A DNA stretch of 64,000 bases from Malacoraja senta (taxonomy: Eukaryota), in contig JAXLNO010004097.1 in NCBI GenBank assembly GCA_038087875.1, forward strand, positions 1 to 64,000, read 5' to 3'. Within the stretch, counting starts at the first letter, position 1, and the number at the start of each line of letters is the position of its first letter. This document shows positions 46,901 to 60,915 of this stretch, one piece after another. The notes beneath the pieces are model-generated. The model was given only the letters and a program-made list of their open reading frames with translations. It did not search any database and was not told the DNA's origin. The position numbers and the translations under genes were made by a program.

Positions 46901-49900
46901 ACCAACCTTCCATGAGGAACCTTGTCAAAGGACTTACTGAAGTCCATATAGACAACATCCACTGCTTTACCCTCATCAATTTCCCTAGTAACCTCTTCGA
47001 AAAATTCAAGAAGATTAGTCAAACATGACCTTCCAGGCACAAATCCATGTTGACTGTTCTTAATCAGACCCTGTTTATCCAGATGCTTATATATATTAAT
47101 CCTAAGTATCCTTTCCATTAATTTGCCCACCACTGATGTCAAACTAACAGGTCTACAATTGCTAGGTTTACTCTTAGAACCCTTTTTAAACAATGGAACA
47201 ACATGCGCAGTACGCCAATCCTCCGGCACTATTCCCGTTTCTAATGACATTTGAAATATTTCTGTCATAGCCCCTGCTATTTCTACACTAACTTCCCTCA
47301 ATGTCCTAGGGAATATCCTGTCAGGACCTGGAGACTTATCCGTTTTCATATTTTTCAAAAGTGTCCGCACCTCCTCTTCTTTGAATCTCATAATTTCCAT
47401 TGCTACTCTGCTCGTTTCCCTTACCTCACATAATTCAATATCCTTCTCCTTGGTGAATACCGAAGAAAAGAAATTGTTCAATATCTCCCCCATCTCTTTT
47501 GGCTCTGCAGATAGCTGTCCACCCTGACTCTCTAATGGACCAATATTATTCCTTGTTATCCTTTTGCTATTAATATAGCTGTAGAAACCCTTTGGGTTTA
47601 CTTTCACCTTACTTGCCAAAGCAACCTCATATCTTCTTTTAGCTTTTCTAATTTCTTTCTTAATGTTCTTTTTACATTCTTTATACTCCTGCAGCACCTC
47701 ATTTACTCTATGCCGCCTATAATTATTGTAGATCTCTCTCTTTTTCCGAACCAAGTGTCCAATTTCCCTTGAAAACCATGGCTCTTTCCAATTTTTACTA
47801 TTTCCTTTCAACCGAACAGGGACATAAAGATTCTGTACTCTTAAAATTTCACCTTTAAATGTCCTCCATTTCTCTTCTACATCCTTCCCATAAAACAACA
47901 TGCCCCAATTCACTCCTTTTAAATCCTTTTGCATCTCCTCAAAGTTAGCCTTTCTCCAGTCAAAAATCTCAACCTTAGGTCCAGTTCTGACCCTCTCCAT
48001 AACTATATTGAAACTAATGGTATTGTGATAACTGGACCCAAAGTGCTCCCCAACGCATACCTCCGCCACCTGCCCTGTCTCATTTCCTAACAGGAGGTCC
48101 AGCACTGCCCCTTCTCTTGTAGGTACCTCTATGTATTGCTGCAAAAAACTATCCTGCACACATTTTACAAACTCCAAACCATCCAGCCCTTTTACAGAAT
48201 GTGTTTCCCAGTCTATGTGTGGAAAATTGAAATCTACCACAATCACTACCTTGTGCTTACTACTAATATCTGCTATCTCCTTACATATTTGCTCTTCCAA
48301 TTCTCGCTCTCCATTAGGCGGTCTATAATACACCCCTATAAGTGTTGCTACCCCTTTCCCATTTCTCAGTTCCACCCAAATAGCCTCCCTAGACGAGCCC
48401 TCTAATCTATCCTGCCAAAGCACTGCTGTAATATCTTCCTTGACAAGCAATGCAACACCCCCACCTCTTGCCCCTCCAACTCTATCACACCTAAACCAAT
48501 GAAATCCTGGAATATTTAGTTTCCACTCACAGCCCTCATGCAACCATGTTTCACTGATCGCCACAACATCATACTTCCAGGTGTCAATCCAGGCTCTAAG
48601 CTCATCCACCCTTCTTACAATGGTCCTAGCATTAAAATATACACATTTAAGAAACCCACCACCTCTTATTCTCTGTTTATTATATTTTTCTTCTTTCTCC
48701 CCTACATTTTGGGTCCGAGTCCTTCCCTTCTCTGCCTCCTGCCTCACACCCTGACTACTAGCTTTCCCTATTCGAGTCCCTCCCCCCAACCGTTCTAGTT
48801 TAAAGTCTCCTCAGTTGCCTTTGCAAATCTCCCCGCCAGGATATTGGTCCCCCTCGGGTTCAAGTGCAACCCGTCCTTTTTGTATAGGTCACACCTTCCC
48901 CAAAAGAGGTCCCAATGATCCAGAAACTTGAATCCCTGCCCACTGCACCAGTCCCTCAGCCACGCATTTATCCTCCACCTCATTCCATTCCTACTCTCAC
49001 TGTCGCGTGGCACAGGCAGTAATCCTGAGATTGTTATATTTTTGGTCCTTCTCCTTAACTCTCCTCCCAACTCCCTAAATTCTCCTTTCAGGACCTCTTT
49101 TCTCTTTCTGCCTATGTCATTGGTATCTATATGTACCACAACCTCAGGCTCCTCTCCCTCCCATTTCAGGATATCTTGGACGCGTTCAGACACATCCATG
49201 ACCCTGGCACCAGGGAGGCAAACTACCATCCTGGTCTCCTGACTGCGTCCACAGAATCGCCTGTCTGACCCCCTAACTATAGAGTCCCCTATTACTATTG
49301 CCCTCCTCTTCTTTTCCCTACCCTTCTGAGCAACAGGGCCGGTCTCTGTACTGGAGGCCCGGCCGCTGTCGCTACCCCCAGATAGGCTGTCGCCCCCAAC
49401 CGTACTCAAACATGAGTACTTATTGTCAAGGTGTACAGCCACCGGGGTACTCACTAGTCCTTGCCTCTGCCTCTTGCCCTTCCTAACAGTGACCCACTTG
49501 TCTGCCTCCCGTGGTCTTGGAGTGACCACCTCCCTATAACTCCTCTCTATGACCTCCTCACTCTCCCTGATCAGACAGAGGTCATCGAGCTGCTGCTCCA
49601 GGTTCCTAACACGGTCCCTTAGGAGCCCCATCTAGACACACCTGGCGCAGATGTGGACGTCTGGAAGGGTATCAGACTCCATGACCTCCCACATCTGACA
49701 TCCAGAACAGTAAACTGCCCTGGCCCTCATTCTCCCCCCTCTTTCTCCCCCTCTTCCATATTTTTATTTTTATTTTTGTTTTTGGATTTAATTCTATCTT
49801 TAATTTGTGTACTGGTGATGTCTTTGCTATTTATTTCATTCCGCTTACATGTTTCTACACTATTTGTTAAACTTTGTAAGGTGTCCTTGAGACTTTTGAT

Positions 49901-50170
49901 AGGCACCCATAAATAAAATTTATTATTATTATTATTATTAATACAAAGCCTTACCCTGGATACAATACAAAGCCTTACCCTGGATACAATACAAAGCCTT
50001 ACCCTGGATGCAATATATCTGACATCCAGAACAGTAAACTGCCCTGGCCCTCATTCACCCCCCTTACACTAGATACAATACAAAGCCTTACCCTGGGTAC
50101 AAGCCAATCAGCGGCTTCCCCTAGTCCGTTTCCACCAATCAGTGGCTTCCTCAATCCCACTTAATTTGAA
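43985..50170 (-). mobile_element. Full-length-type CR1 interrupted by a Crack/L2-like LINE and by a small insertion near the ORF1 start
   Basis: ORF1 48795-49631 (SGNH); ORF2 46858-48789, 46640-46818 and 43983-44760. [10 protein letters not shown] and LQSLQRDL rejoin across 44758-46640. 24-bp repeats at about 49940-50100. Confidence 0.9.
44758..46640 (+). mobile_element. 5'-truncated LINE of the Crack/L2-like CR1 superclade
   Basis: [51 protein letters not shown]; one frameshift near 45200; A-rich tail at 46600-46640. Clade call from memory. Confidence 0.75.
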
Positions 50171-50187
50171 GTGTGAACTGCGGATGG

Positions 50188-51490
50188 AATACTCCAGGTG
50201 TGGTCTCACCAGGGCCCTGTACAACTGCAGAAGGACCTCTTTGCTCCTATACTCAACTCCTCTTGTTATGAAGGCCAACAGGCCAAAACTGCACACAATA
50301 CTACAGGCGTGGTCTCACCAGGGCCCTGTACAACTGCAGAAGGACCTCTTTGCTCCTATACTCCACTCCTCTTGTTATGAAGGCCAACAGGCCAAAACTG
50401 CACACAATACTCCAGGTGTGGTCTCACCAGGGCTCTGTACAACTGCAGAAGGACCTCTTTGCTCCTATACTCCTCCTCTTGTTATGAAGGCCAACAGGCC
50501 AAAACTGCACACAATACTACAGGTGTGGTCTCACAAGGGCCCTGTACAACTGCAGAAAAACCTCTTTGCTCCTATACTTAACTCCTCTTGTTATGATGGC
50601 CAACAGGCCAAAACTGCACACAATACTCCAGGTGTGGTCTCACCAGGGCCCTGTACAACTGCAGAAGGACCTCTTTGCTCCTATACTCAACTCCTCTTGT
50701 TATGAAGGCCAACAGGCCAAAACTGCACACAATACTCCTGGTGTGGCCTCACCAGGGCCCTGTACAACTGCAGAAGGACCTCTTTGCTCCTATACTCAAC
50801 TCCTCTTGTTATGAAGGCCAACAGGCCAAAACTGCACACAATACTCCAGGTGTGGTCTCACCATGGCCCTGTACAACTGCAGAAGGACCTCTTCGCTCCT
50901 ATACTCAACTCCTCTTGTTATGAAGGCCAACAGGCCAAAACTGCACACAATACTCCAGGTGTGGTCTCACCAGGGCCCTGTACAACTGCAGAAGGACCTC
51001 TTTGCTCCTATACTCAACTCCTCTTGTTATGAAGGCCAACAGGCCAAAACTGCACACAATAATCCAGGTGTGGTCTCACCAGGGCCCTGTACAACTGCAG
51101 AAGGACCTCTTTGCTCCTATACTCAACTCCTCTTGTTATGAAGGCCAACAGGCCACAACTGCACACAATACTACAGGTGTGGTCTCACCAGGGCCCTGTA
51201 CAACTGCAGAAGGACCTCTTTGCTCCTATACTCAACTCCTCTTGTTATGAAGGCCAACAGGCCAAAACTGCACACAATACTCCAGGTGTGGTCTCACCAG
51301 GGCCCTGTACAACTGCAGAAGGACCTCTTTGCTCCTATACAAAATGTAAAGCACTTTGGCCAATGAGAGGTGTTTTTTAAATGTGCTATATAAATAAATG
51401 TGCCTTGACTTGACTTGATACTCAACTCCTCTTGTTATGAAGGCCAACAGGCCAAAACTGCACACCATACTCCAGGTGTGGTCTCATTCG
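50188..51490 (-). repeat. 109-bp satellite derived from a CR1 RT fragment (about 11-12 units)
   Basis: Unit starts at 50188, 50297, 50406, 50513, 50622, 50731, 50840, 50949, 51058, 51167 and 51276. A 78-bp L2-like tail is inserted at 51340-51417. Confidence 0.93.
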
Positions 51491-54040
51491 GGATAGAGGG
51501 AGAGAGAGAGGGGCAGATAGGGNNNNNNNNNNNNNNNNNNNNNNNNNNNNNNNNNNNNNNNNNNNNNNNNNNNNNNNNNNNNNNNNNNNNNNNNNNNNNN
51601 NNNNNNNNNNNNNNNNNNNNNNNNNNNNNNNNNNNNNNNNNNNNNNNNNNNNNNNNNNNNNNNNNNNNNNNNNNNNNNNNNNNNNNNNNNNNNNNNNNNN
51701 NNNNNNNGGGAGAGAGAGGGGGAGAGGGGGAATGAGGGGGAGAGAGAGGGGGAGAGAGAGGGGGTGAGAGAGGGGAGAGAGAGAGGGGGAAAGAGAGGGG
51801 GAGAGAGAGAGAGGGAGATAGGTCAGCCATGGTTGCAAGGCGGAGTGGACTCGGTAAGTTGGCGATATGCAGAGTATTGCCCTGCTGACTACAAATTCAG
51901 AAAGGTCCAATGCAGACAATGCCAAGTGTGGGCTAGCAGGAGTGAAATGGGCCGAAGGATCTTTTCCGGACGGTCCGGGCTCCCCGCATCCACCCCGTTG
52001 TCCCGCAAGGTCGGTTTGGTGACTTTGGGGGAATTTTTGGGGCAAATAGTTTGGAAATGAGACAGGAATCGGCCTTCAAGGGCCACATTAAGCGTGGATA
52101 GAGTGTGAGTTATAAAGTGTGGGGAACCGCCTGCCAGCGCCTGTGCATGCTGCATTAAAGGGAATGCATGCATGACTGGCTGCATTAAAGGGACTGCATG
52201 TATCACTTGCTGCATTAAAGGGACTGCATGTATCACTTGCTGCATTAAAGGGATGCATGCATCACTGGCTGCATTGCTGCCTCCCCCGCTGCATGGCAGC
52301 GCTTTTATCTTTACCTGCTTTTCACAGCTGCATTCCCGAGGCGCTTCCGGCGTGAGGGGGGGACGCTTTAGGTCGGCGCACCGGCGCTGGCAAAGCGGGA
52401 CGGCGGGTCTCAGGCGTCCGGGTCGAGGGCGAAACGCCGAATGTTGTTTCCGGGGTGGTTTTGTTGTAGTTTTTATTGGGGCATTGAGGGTAGGGTGGAG
52501 AGGAAAAAGGAGGGGGAAGGAGGGGGAGAGGGAGAGAGAGAGGGAGAGAGGGAGGGAGAGAGGGAGAGAGGGAGGGAGTGAGGGAGGGAGGGAATGAGTG
52601 TGAGAGAAAGTTTGAAGAGTTTTGAGAAAGTTTTAGAGGGAAGATTGGGAGAGAGGGAGAGGGGGACGAGGGGGAGAGGGAGAGAGATGTATTCACCTCT
52701 CCCTCCCTCTCTGGTCATCAGGATGGCGCAGCGGTAGAGTTGCCGCCTCACGGCGCCAGAGACCCCGGTTCCATCCCGACCACGGGCGCTGTCTGTACGG
52801 AGTTTGCACGTTCTCTCTCCCCTTGACCTGCGTGGGTTTTCTCCGGGCGCTCCGGTTTCCTCCCACCAGGGCCGGATATACGTATGAGCCAGACAAGCTT
52901 AAGTTTAGGGCCTTGAGATCTAGGGGGGGCCTCGGCCCGCTCCACCAAAGTGTGTTAAAGTTTTGACATAGTGGCGTTGTTACAAACCCTACCATCGGTA
53001 GCGTTGTGTTAGCGATTCCGGAGGCTTTGGTGGTGTGGGGGGGAATTAAAATGCAGGTGAGGTTTATATTCGTTGTGGAGAGGACAAGCCAAGTATATCC
53101 AGTCTTTCTTCATATGAAAGTCCTGACCCGGTGCGTGACCCTTGCATTAACTGGCTTTAATAGCCGCGGGATAATCACCATCGCCCGCCGGGGTCTTTGA
53201 CTTTGACTCTGACATCGGGGAGGGGGGGGGGGGGGCGGGAGTCTCGGGTCTTTTTTCGTTTTGTATTGTATGGCTGCAGAAACGACATTTCGTTTGGACC
53301 TCAAGGGTTCCAAATGACAAATTTGTCCAAAAGACAAATAAAATTGTATTGTATTGTATTGTATTGACATCCCAGGAATCAGTCTGGTGAACCTTCACTG
53401 TACTCCCTCTTTGGCAAGAATGTCTTTCCTCAGATTAGGAGACCAAAACTGCATGCAATCCTCCAGGTGTGGTCTCACCAAGACCCTGTACAACTGCAGT
53501 AGAACCTCCCTGCTCCTATACTCAAATCATTTTGCTATGAATGCTAACATACCATTCGCTTTCTTCACTGCCTGCTGCACCTGCATGCCTACTTTCAATG
53601 ACTGGTGTACCATGACACCCAGGTCTCGTTGCATCTCCCCTTTTCCTAATCGGCCACCATCGCCTCAGTCCACCCACCTGCCTTCCTCCGGCCCCAACTC
53701 CCATCCCTGCCGTGTGTTCACCATCCCCCCTGACCTCCCCCCTCTCAGATACCGAACGGTCTGTCCTCAGCAGAGGCCACACCTTTGGCCCCCTCCGTCC
53801 CCACCTCAATGAGTTCCGCTCCCGCCTCGGTTTGGAACTCTTCTTCCCTCGCCTCCGCCTCACACCGTTCTTCCACGGGAAGGAGTCCTCGCCCCCATTG
53901 ATGATCCCTTTTCCCATCTCCAACGGACCCCATCCTCTTGGACCCCCCCCCATGGCCATTGGGATAGTCGATGACGGAGTTGAAGGGAAAGAGAGTAAAG
54001 GGAGGGTTAATGACCCCAGAATTGATCCTCACCACATCCA
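51440..54040 (-). repeat. Inverted duplicate of the composite block at about 5520-7880
   Basis: Same order of Penelope fragment, CR1 fragment, hAT-like end, SINE, CpG segment, CT/GA repeat and CR1 fragment, with shared junctions. Confidence 0.85.
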
Positions 54041-57000
54041 CTATCCAAGCTTTTCACTATTTGGTATGATTCAATGAGGTCCCCCCTTATTCTTCTAAAA
54101 TCCAGCGAGTAAAGGTCCACTGCCATCAAATGCTCATCATATGTTAATCCATTAATTCCTGGGATCATTCTTGTACACCTCCTCTGGACCCTATATAGAG
54201 CCAGCACATCCTTCCTCAGATATGGTGCCCAAAATTGCTCACAATGCTCCAAATATGGCTTGACTGGTGCCTTATAGAACCTCAGCATTACATCCCTGCT
54301 TGACAGGGAGAAAATGCAATTGATGTCTTTCATATTAGTTAACCATGGATTTTCTTGACCACGGTTGACAGCCCCTAATGGGATTGCATCTCTTTTACAC
54401 ATCTCTATAGAGCATAGCGTTAAGCTTCGAAGGGCAAAATTTACACGAGTTGTGCAGGTCAAGTGTTTTTTTGTAGAGAGAGCTTGATACCTAGAATGCG
54501 CTACCAGGAGTGGTGGTAGAGGAGGACATGATAATGGTGCTTAAGAAGGTTTTGGACAGGCTTGTGGTTATGCAGGGAATACAAGGATATGGATCACTTG
54601 CAGGCAGTGGAGATTAGTTTTGGTTTAGTTTGGAGATAGAGTTTGGAAACAGGAACTTTGGGCCACTGAGTCCGCACTGACCAGCAATTGCCCATTCACT
54701 ATTTCTGTCCGACAAGCTAGGGACAATTTACAGAAGCCAATTAACCTACAAACCTGCACGTCTTTTGTATTTGGGAGGAAACCGGAGCCCCCAGAGAAAA
54801 CCCACAGGGTGACAGAGGGAACGTACAAACTCCGTCCAGACAGCACTCTAGTCAGAATCGAACCTGGGTCTCTAATGCTGTAAGACAGCCACTCTATCAC
54901 CGTGCCTCTGTGTTGCCTTAGTTTAACTTGGTATCCTGTTCCACATGGACATTGCAGGCTGAAAGTCCTGTTCTTGTACTGTTCTATGTTCTATATATTC
55001 TCATTGGACAGGGCAGGGATATGTTTTCCACTCCTCCAGCCTCCATGTTGAATACTTACTCCCAGTGTAAATCTGATTCAATTAGTCAATCCATTTCTCC
55101 CTCCCCTCCTGCCCTGATCCCCATTCTATATCTTGAAGTAGTCATTCCCTTTTTCACTCCCTGGTCTGTCTACTATGCCCACAACTTTCCTCTACTTTCC
55201 TGTCTTGGTGCATGCAACATCTATCCATTTACCTCTTCCCTTCCCACTGTCCATAGACCCAGGTAGTTCTTCAAAGTGAAACAGCGTGAAACACTTGGAC
55301 TTCCAGTCAAATCTACTGCATTTGGTTTTCGTGACGTAATCTTCCACATTGCATCAATGAAACAAATTGAGTGGCTGCTTTCTGGAGAACCTGCATTCAA
55401 TCCATGGGACTTTCTAAGATTCCTAATTCCTGCCACTTTAATTCTCCATTCAACACCCACCATGATCCATCCATCTGTACCTCTTACACTAGGATAACAA
55501 GGGTGAAAGTGTCCTTGAGGACCAACAACTCAGCTTCTGTCTGGACATGTTGCAGCCTTTCAAATTCAATTCCACATTCAACGAGTTGCATTCCCTGTCG
55601 ATAAAATAACTGGTCATTTCAACTGTTAAGTTGAAGACAGAAAGAACAGATGCAAGAAGTATGAAGCAGGATCCCAAGCTGAAACATTACATAACCATGT
55701 CTTCCAGATGCTGCCTGAGCCACTGAGTTACACCTGCACGTTTTTGTGTTTTTTTAAATTACAGTTAAGTTATCCACCAGCAAAATCAGGACAGCCTGAC
55801 CTACTTGAGTACTGCAGTATGTGCTGCATTTTATATAACTCTGTTTAGTTTCATGCATGCAGAGATGCAGTGAAATGGTTTGGATGGAACAGCAGATGCT
55901 GGACACCCCGTCCCTTCTCTCCAGAGATGCTGCCTGTCCCGCTGAGTTACTCCAGCTTTTTGTGTCTATCTGCAGTGAAATGGTTGTTCTGCATTCTCCC
56001 CAGTCAAGTCATACTGTACATAAGTACAATTCGTCCTCTTCTGGAACAGCACGCAGAGATCCACCAAATTCCAGGGACTATCTTGCAGCTTTCAAGTCTC
56101 TGAGAAGTCTGATTTTGCCCTAAGGAAATACCCAATTTCTAATTTTCTCATGTTAAGGCCCAGTGTCATAACAGCACTGGATTGATGAAGTAGAGGGGCC
56201 TGCCTCAGTTTAAGTTTTTCTGTTTCAGATTGTGATCAAACCCTCGTCACTGGAACTGTGCCGCAGTGCCACCCATTACGTATCAGTCCCAATTATCTTT
56301 CAACATGCTGGAATCACTTGTTTTTTATCCTTTTTAGACTTTTTTCATGAATTGTTCAACATAAACAGTTATGCTACAACAAAGTTAAGCGCAGCTACCA
56401 CTTAGTTCCAGAGACGTAACATCACAAGAGATTGTGTTGGAAGAATGATCACTCACACATAGTGGTTATTAGTAACTCTGCAGAGGAAACACAAGGTGCA
56501 TTCTTCTCAGCATGCTTACTACCAGTCTACCAGAGAGAGAGAGAGAGAGAGCTGTCTAATAAGCCTGTGGGCGGAGCCACAGTATGAGTGACACTAATCT
56601 ACAGATAGGCACAGGGATAAGTTTCGGTTTATTATTGTCACGTTTAGTTTCGAGGTAAAGCATGGAAATAGGCCTTTTGGCCCACTGAACCTGTCCTGAC
56701 TAACGACCACCCAAATATTAGTTCTATCCTACACACTAGGGTCAATTTACAGAAGCCAAAAAACGTACAAACCTGCACGTCTTTGAATGTGACGGAACTG
56801 TAACAAGTCAACTCAAGTACTGTAAGTAGAGCAAAGGGGAAGGTACAGAGTGTGGCATATAGTTCTCAGCAATGTAGCACACCAGTTCCATTAGATAAGG
56901 GTTTCGACACAAAACGTGACACATTCCTTCTCTCCAGAGATGCTGCCTGACCCGTTGAGTTACTCTAGCATTTTGTGTCTATCTGCGGTTTAAACCAGCA

Positions 57001-58022
57001 TCTACAGTTCCTTCCTACATAGTTCCATAAACAAAGTCCACTGTCTGTAATGGGGTAGTGGTCAATTGGACAGTACCCTAGCTTATGGAACGATCATTCA
57101 GAAGCCTGATTTTCTCCTCAGTTATCAAGTTTCCGAGTAAGCCATTTGGTCCTCTAACCTGCCCACCATTCAATATGAACATGGCTGACGTTCCTCAGGC
57201 ATCAACTCCTGTTCGGTGCCAGTTCCTCATTGCACTCAATTCTCCAATCTTTCAAAAGTTTAATTACCGCCATATTAAATGCTTCCAGTGACTTTGTCTT
57301 CACAAATCTCTGGCGCCAGAGAATGACCACACTGCAAAAAGAGATTTTGTAAACAAATGACTGGTCTCTTTTATCTCTTATTGAAGAGGAGTGAAAATAC
57401 TGCCAATTTTAAGCTTGTCCCCTCCCCAATTGGCCCTCATTTCGTAACCTGTCAATTATTTATTATTGCCAATAATGTGCCCTAGCGAAAAGATTTGCTG
57501 TTGGTATTAGTTTATTATTGTCATGTGAACTGAGATATAGTCAAAAGTTTGTCTGTGTGTTATCAAATCAGATCATACTTCACATGTGCAATCAAGCCAT
57601 CCACGAGTAGATCAGTGCAAAGAGAAAACTACTCAGAGTACAGAATATCGGGTTACAATATCATAGCATTACAGTTACAGAGAAAGTGCAGATCAAAAAG
57701 AGTTGCAAGGATCACAATGAGATTGGTTGGAAGATCAGGGCAACATCTTATCTTACATGAGAATCATTCAGTAGTCCAATAACAGCGGGGAAGAAGCTGT
57801 TCCTGAATTTAATGGTACGTACTTTCAAACTTTCTTGTGTACTGTCTTAACAGGGAGCGTACGATCCCTTTTAAACCACGTGGTTGGTTAATGGTGACGA
57901 AAGAGGCAAAATGGGGCAGATGTAGACAGTAACTTGGTGGTTGTAGTAGACTGAAGAATATTTTGTGATGGGTGACTGCATATTTTACTGAAGGTGAAAA
58001 TAACCAACTTACTGTCTTGTAG

Positions 58023-58289
58023 TTTCCCCTGAGGTCACTCTCGCTGCCCGCCCTGATGATCATTCAGTCCTGTACTGCACTGTGTTTGGATTTTACCCAC
58101 CGGCCATCAATGTCAGCTGGTTGCAGAATGGTCAACATGTCTCTGAGACAAAATCTTCTGGGGTCATACCCAACAACGATGGAACATATCATCTAAGGTC
58201 TGTCCTTGAGTATGATCCGTATGATGGTAAACAGTATTTCTGTCATGTCGATCACAGCAGCCTGCCCGGTGGGAAGACCATCATCTGGG
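58023..58289 (+). CDS. MHC class I-like heavy chain, alpha3 (Ig C1-set) exon
   Basis: tcttgtag|TTTCC...TGGG|gtaag: 267 nt, phase 1-1. Translation SPEVTLAARPDDHSVLYCTVFGFYPPAINVSWLQNGQHVSETKSSGVIPNNDGTYHLRSVLEYDPYDGKQYFCHVDHSSLPGGKTIIW, with the C..GFYP, W, PNxDGTY and YxCHVxHSSL motifs. Confidence 0.85.
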
Positions 58290-58365
58290 GTAAGAACGTT
58301 AAATATTCTTTCATAGATAATCATTATCTTCTGTTGTTTCCATTTTAATCATTGTGACTACATGT

Positions 58366-59404
58366 AGGTATGTTACAAAACTTACCTTCAGCGGCGCTGC
58401 AGTTCTGTCACTGCCCGTGTGCGCGACTTTGGCGCCTTTGAGAGGGGTGCAGGTTTAAAATCCGATATTTCGGCAGCCAGTTCTAAACGATCTTGAACAG
58501 GCTAAATAGTTGATGAAGAAAAATCGCTTTGACTGCTGTTTTATTAAGTTTATTAATATTAGCGCTTTATAATTTAATTGTTGGAGTAAAATTAAAATCA
58601 TCTTCAAATGCCGTAAACGCCGACAACGGGGATGGATTTCACGCACGGGACCAGGCAAGGTACACCATTTTTTTTTCATATAAACTTGCTTCTTACGATG
58701 CCTTTAATAATACTTTCAAGTTGCGAAAATGTGATTATTTAAATATACCAACCAGCAGTATTTCTCCTGCCGATATTGGGGTTTAATTCAGTGCTACCGC
58801 AGCGTTCCAAACCAGCGCGTTCCACAAAATCCCATTCGCAAGATGATTTAAATGGCCATTAATTTACAGGAATTAAACACGTAATTCCTTCCATTTGGCC
58901 TATAAATTAATGACAATGAGATTTAAAAATAATGTTATATTGTGAATTCTTGTGTGAATGTTATTTGGACACAGGCTATTTAAAAATGTTAACTTTTTCT
59001 TAAGAAATGGATAGATATTTAGATCTAGTAATTGAATTTTGTAATTAGCTACAATTGGGTAACTAACTAATAATATGCTTTAATTTCAGGTCATTCAAGT
59101 AAGATTGTTTCATATTTGTTTCAGAATGCTTCAATCTATAATAACTGAAAATGTCATTAAGTTCTCTTAATTTTTAAGAAAGTTATGGCCTTTTGACTGT
59201 CCTTGATCACAGCTTTTGTGTTAAGTCAATGGAAAAGCAATAGGGAACAAGATGCAAATTTCTGAGTATGAAAATGGCCAAACTTTTTTAATACTGAAGA
59301 TATGAAAGTGAATTAGGTGTCAAATTAAACTTATTTTTATGCTTTATCTGATGGGATAAATTACAGACTTGATTTTTAAAATCTCAAAATTTTGTGACAT
59401 TGCT
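58366..59404. mobile_element. Possible non-autonomous DNA transposon (about 1.04 kb) in the intron
   Basis: Imperfect 15-bp inverted ends AGGTATGTTACAAAA / TTTTGTGACATTGCT; ACTACAT present on both flanks. Superfamily not determined. Confidence 0.4.
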
Positions 59405-59569
59405 ACTACATCCCATATTCCAAGATGCTGAAACTTTCTTTGTTTAGTGGTGTTACTCTAATCAATCACGTAATCAGCACCCACTCTCCACATGAGCAGA
59501 AGACTTTGTCAACAGAAAATTTACTAAAAGTAAGTAAATAAATAACTAATATACAAGGAAGGAGTATTT

Positions 59570-60915
59570 GAAATGAAAATGAAAATGAAATGCCATTTTA
59601 TTGTCGCTATATACATGTACAATGAGATTAAAAGCAGCTCGTACTCAGTGCAGACATGTAATTAGTTCAAAAAACAAAAAACAAAACAGGGGGGGGGGAT
59701 AAGGTGCACAGTTCTGCGGCGCTATATACATATCTATATAAAGACAATGGGTGAATAGAGTGAATAAATAGGATTCCTATATACAGTATGGGTTATTGCA
59801 CATATTAAAAATTACAGTGGAAGTCCGAGGGTTAAGCTGTGAAGTCAGTGCATGTGTGAGTTCAGAGAGGTTATGGCTTTTGGAAAGCAACTGTTCTTGA
59901 GTCTATTTGTCCTTGTTCTGATGCACCTATAGCGCCTCCCTGAGGGCAACAGGTCAAACAGGCCAAACGCAGGATGGGAGCTGTCCTTGATGATGTTCTT
60001 CGCCCTGCTGAGGCAGCAGGAGGTGTAAATGTCCATCAGGGAGGGGAGAGGGCAGCCAATGATCTTCTGTGCTGCCCTAACTACCCTCTGAAGCCTCTCT
60101 CTGTCTGCCATGGTGCAGCTGCCGTACCATGCTGTAATGCAGTATGTCAGCAGGCTCTCAATGGACGACGGTAGAAGGTCAGCAGCAGGTTGGAGTCCAG
60201 GTTGCGCTTCCTGAGGACCATCAGGAAGTGCAGCCGCTGCTGAGCCTTCTTGATGACCGCTGTGATGTTGTCTGTCCAGGAGATTCAGCGGAAATGAGGA
60301 CACCGAGGAACCGGAAGGTGTAGACCCTCTCCACACACTCGCCGTTGACGTATAGGGGGGCTAAGTCAGTGCTGTGCCTCCTGAAATCGACAATGAGCTC
60401 TTTTGTTTTCTTGGTGTTCAGAGCCAAGTTGTTTTCTGAGCACCAGGCTGTCAACTTCAGGACTTCCTCTCTATAGGCTTCCTCGTCTCCCCTTGAGATG
60501 AGTCCGACTACTGTCGTGTCGTCAGCAAACTTGACGATACGGTTGTTGTTGTGGGCCGGACTACAGTCGTGGGTGTAGAGACAGTATAGGAGGGGGATTA
60601 GCACACAGCCCTGTGGGGAGCCGGTACTCAACATGCGAGTGGAGGAGAGGTGGGGGCCGAGTCTCACAGTCTGGGGCCGGTTGGTGAGGAAGTCCTTTAT
60701 CCAGGCACATGTGAGAGTGGGGAGGCCAAGAGTGACCAGTTTGTCAATGAGAATGTCCGGAATGATAGTATTGAAAGCTGAGCTGTAATCCACAAAGAGC
60801 ATCTGCCCCTGCTCCAGGTGGCTCAGCACAGAGTGGAGAGCTACGGTGATGGCATCTTCTGTGGATCTGTTTGGGCGATAGGCGAATTGGTGGGGGTCGA
60901 AGTCTGGATTCTCAG
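59570..60915 (-). mobile_element. 5'-truncated Rex1/Babar LINE in the class I intron
   Basis: [49 protein letters not shown]; (TTTTCA)n tail at about 59570-59590. Confidence 0.88.

Noticed and set aside
55990-56340. Acceptor-like sites at about 56001 and 56228 as leader or alpha2 exons
   Set aside because: Translations show stops or degraded CR1 text, with no MHC or signal-peptide features.
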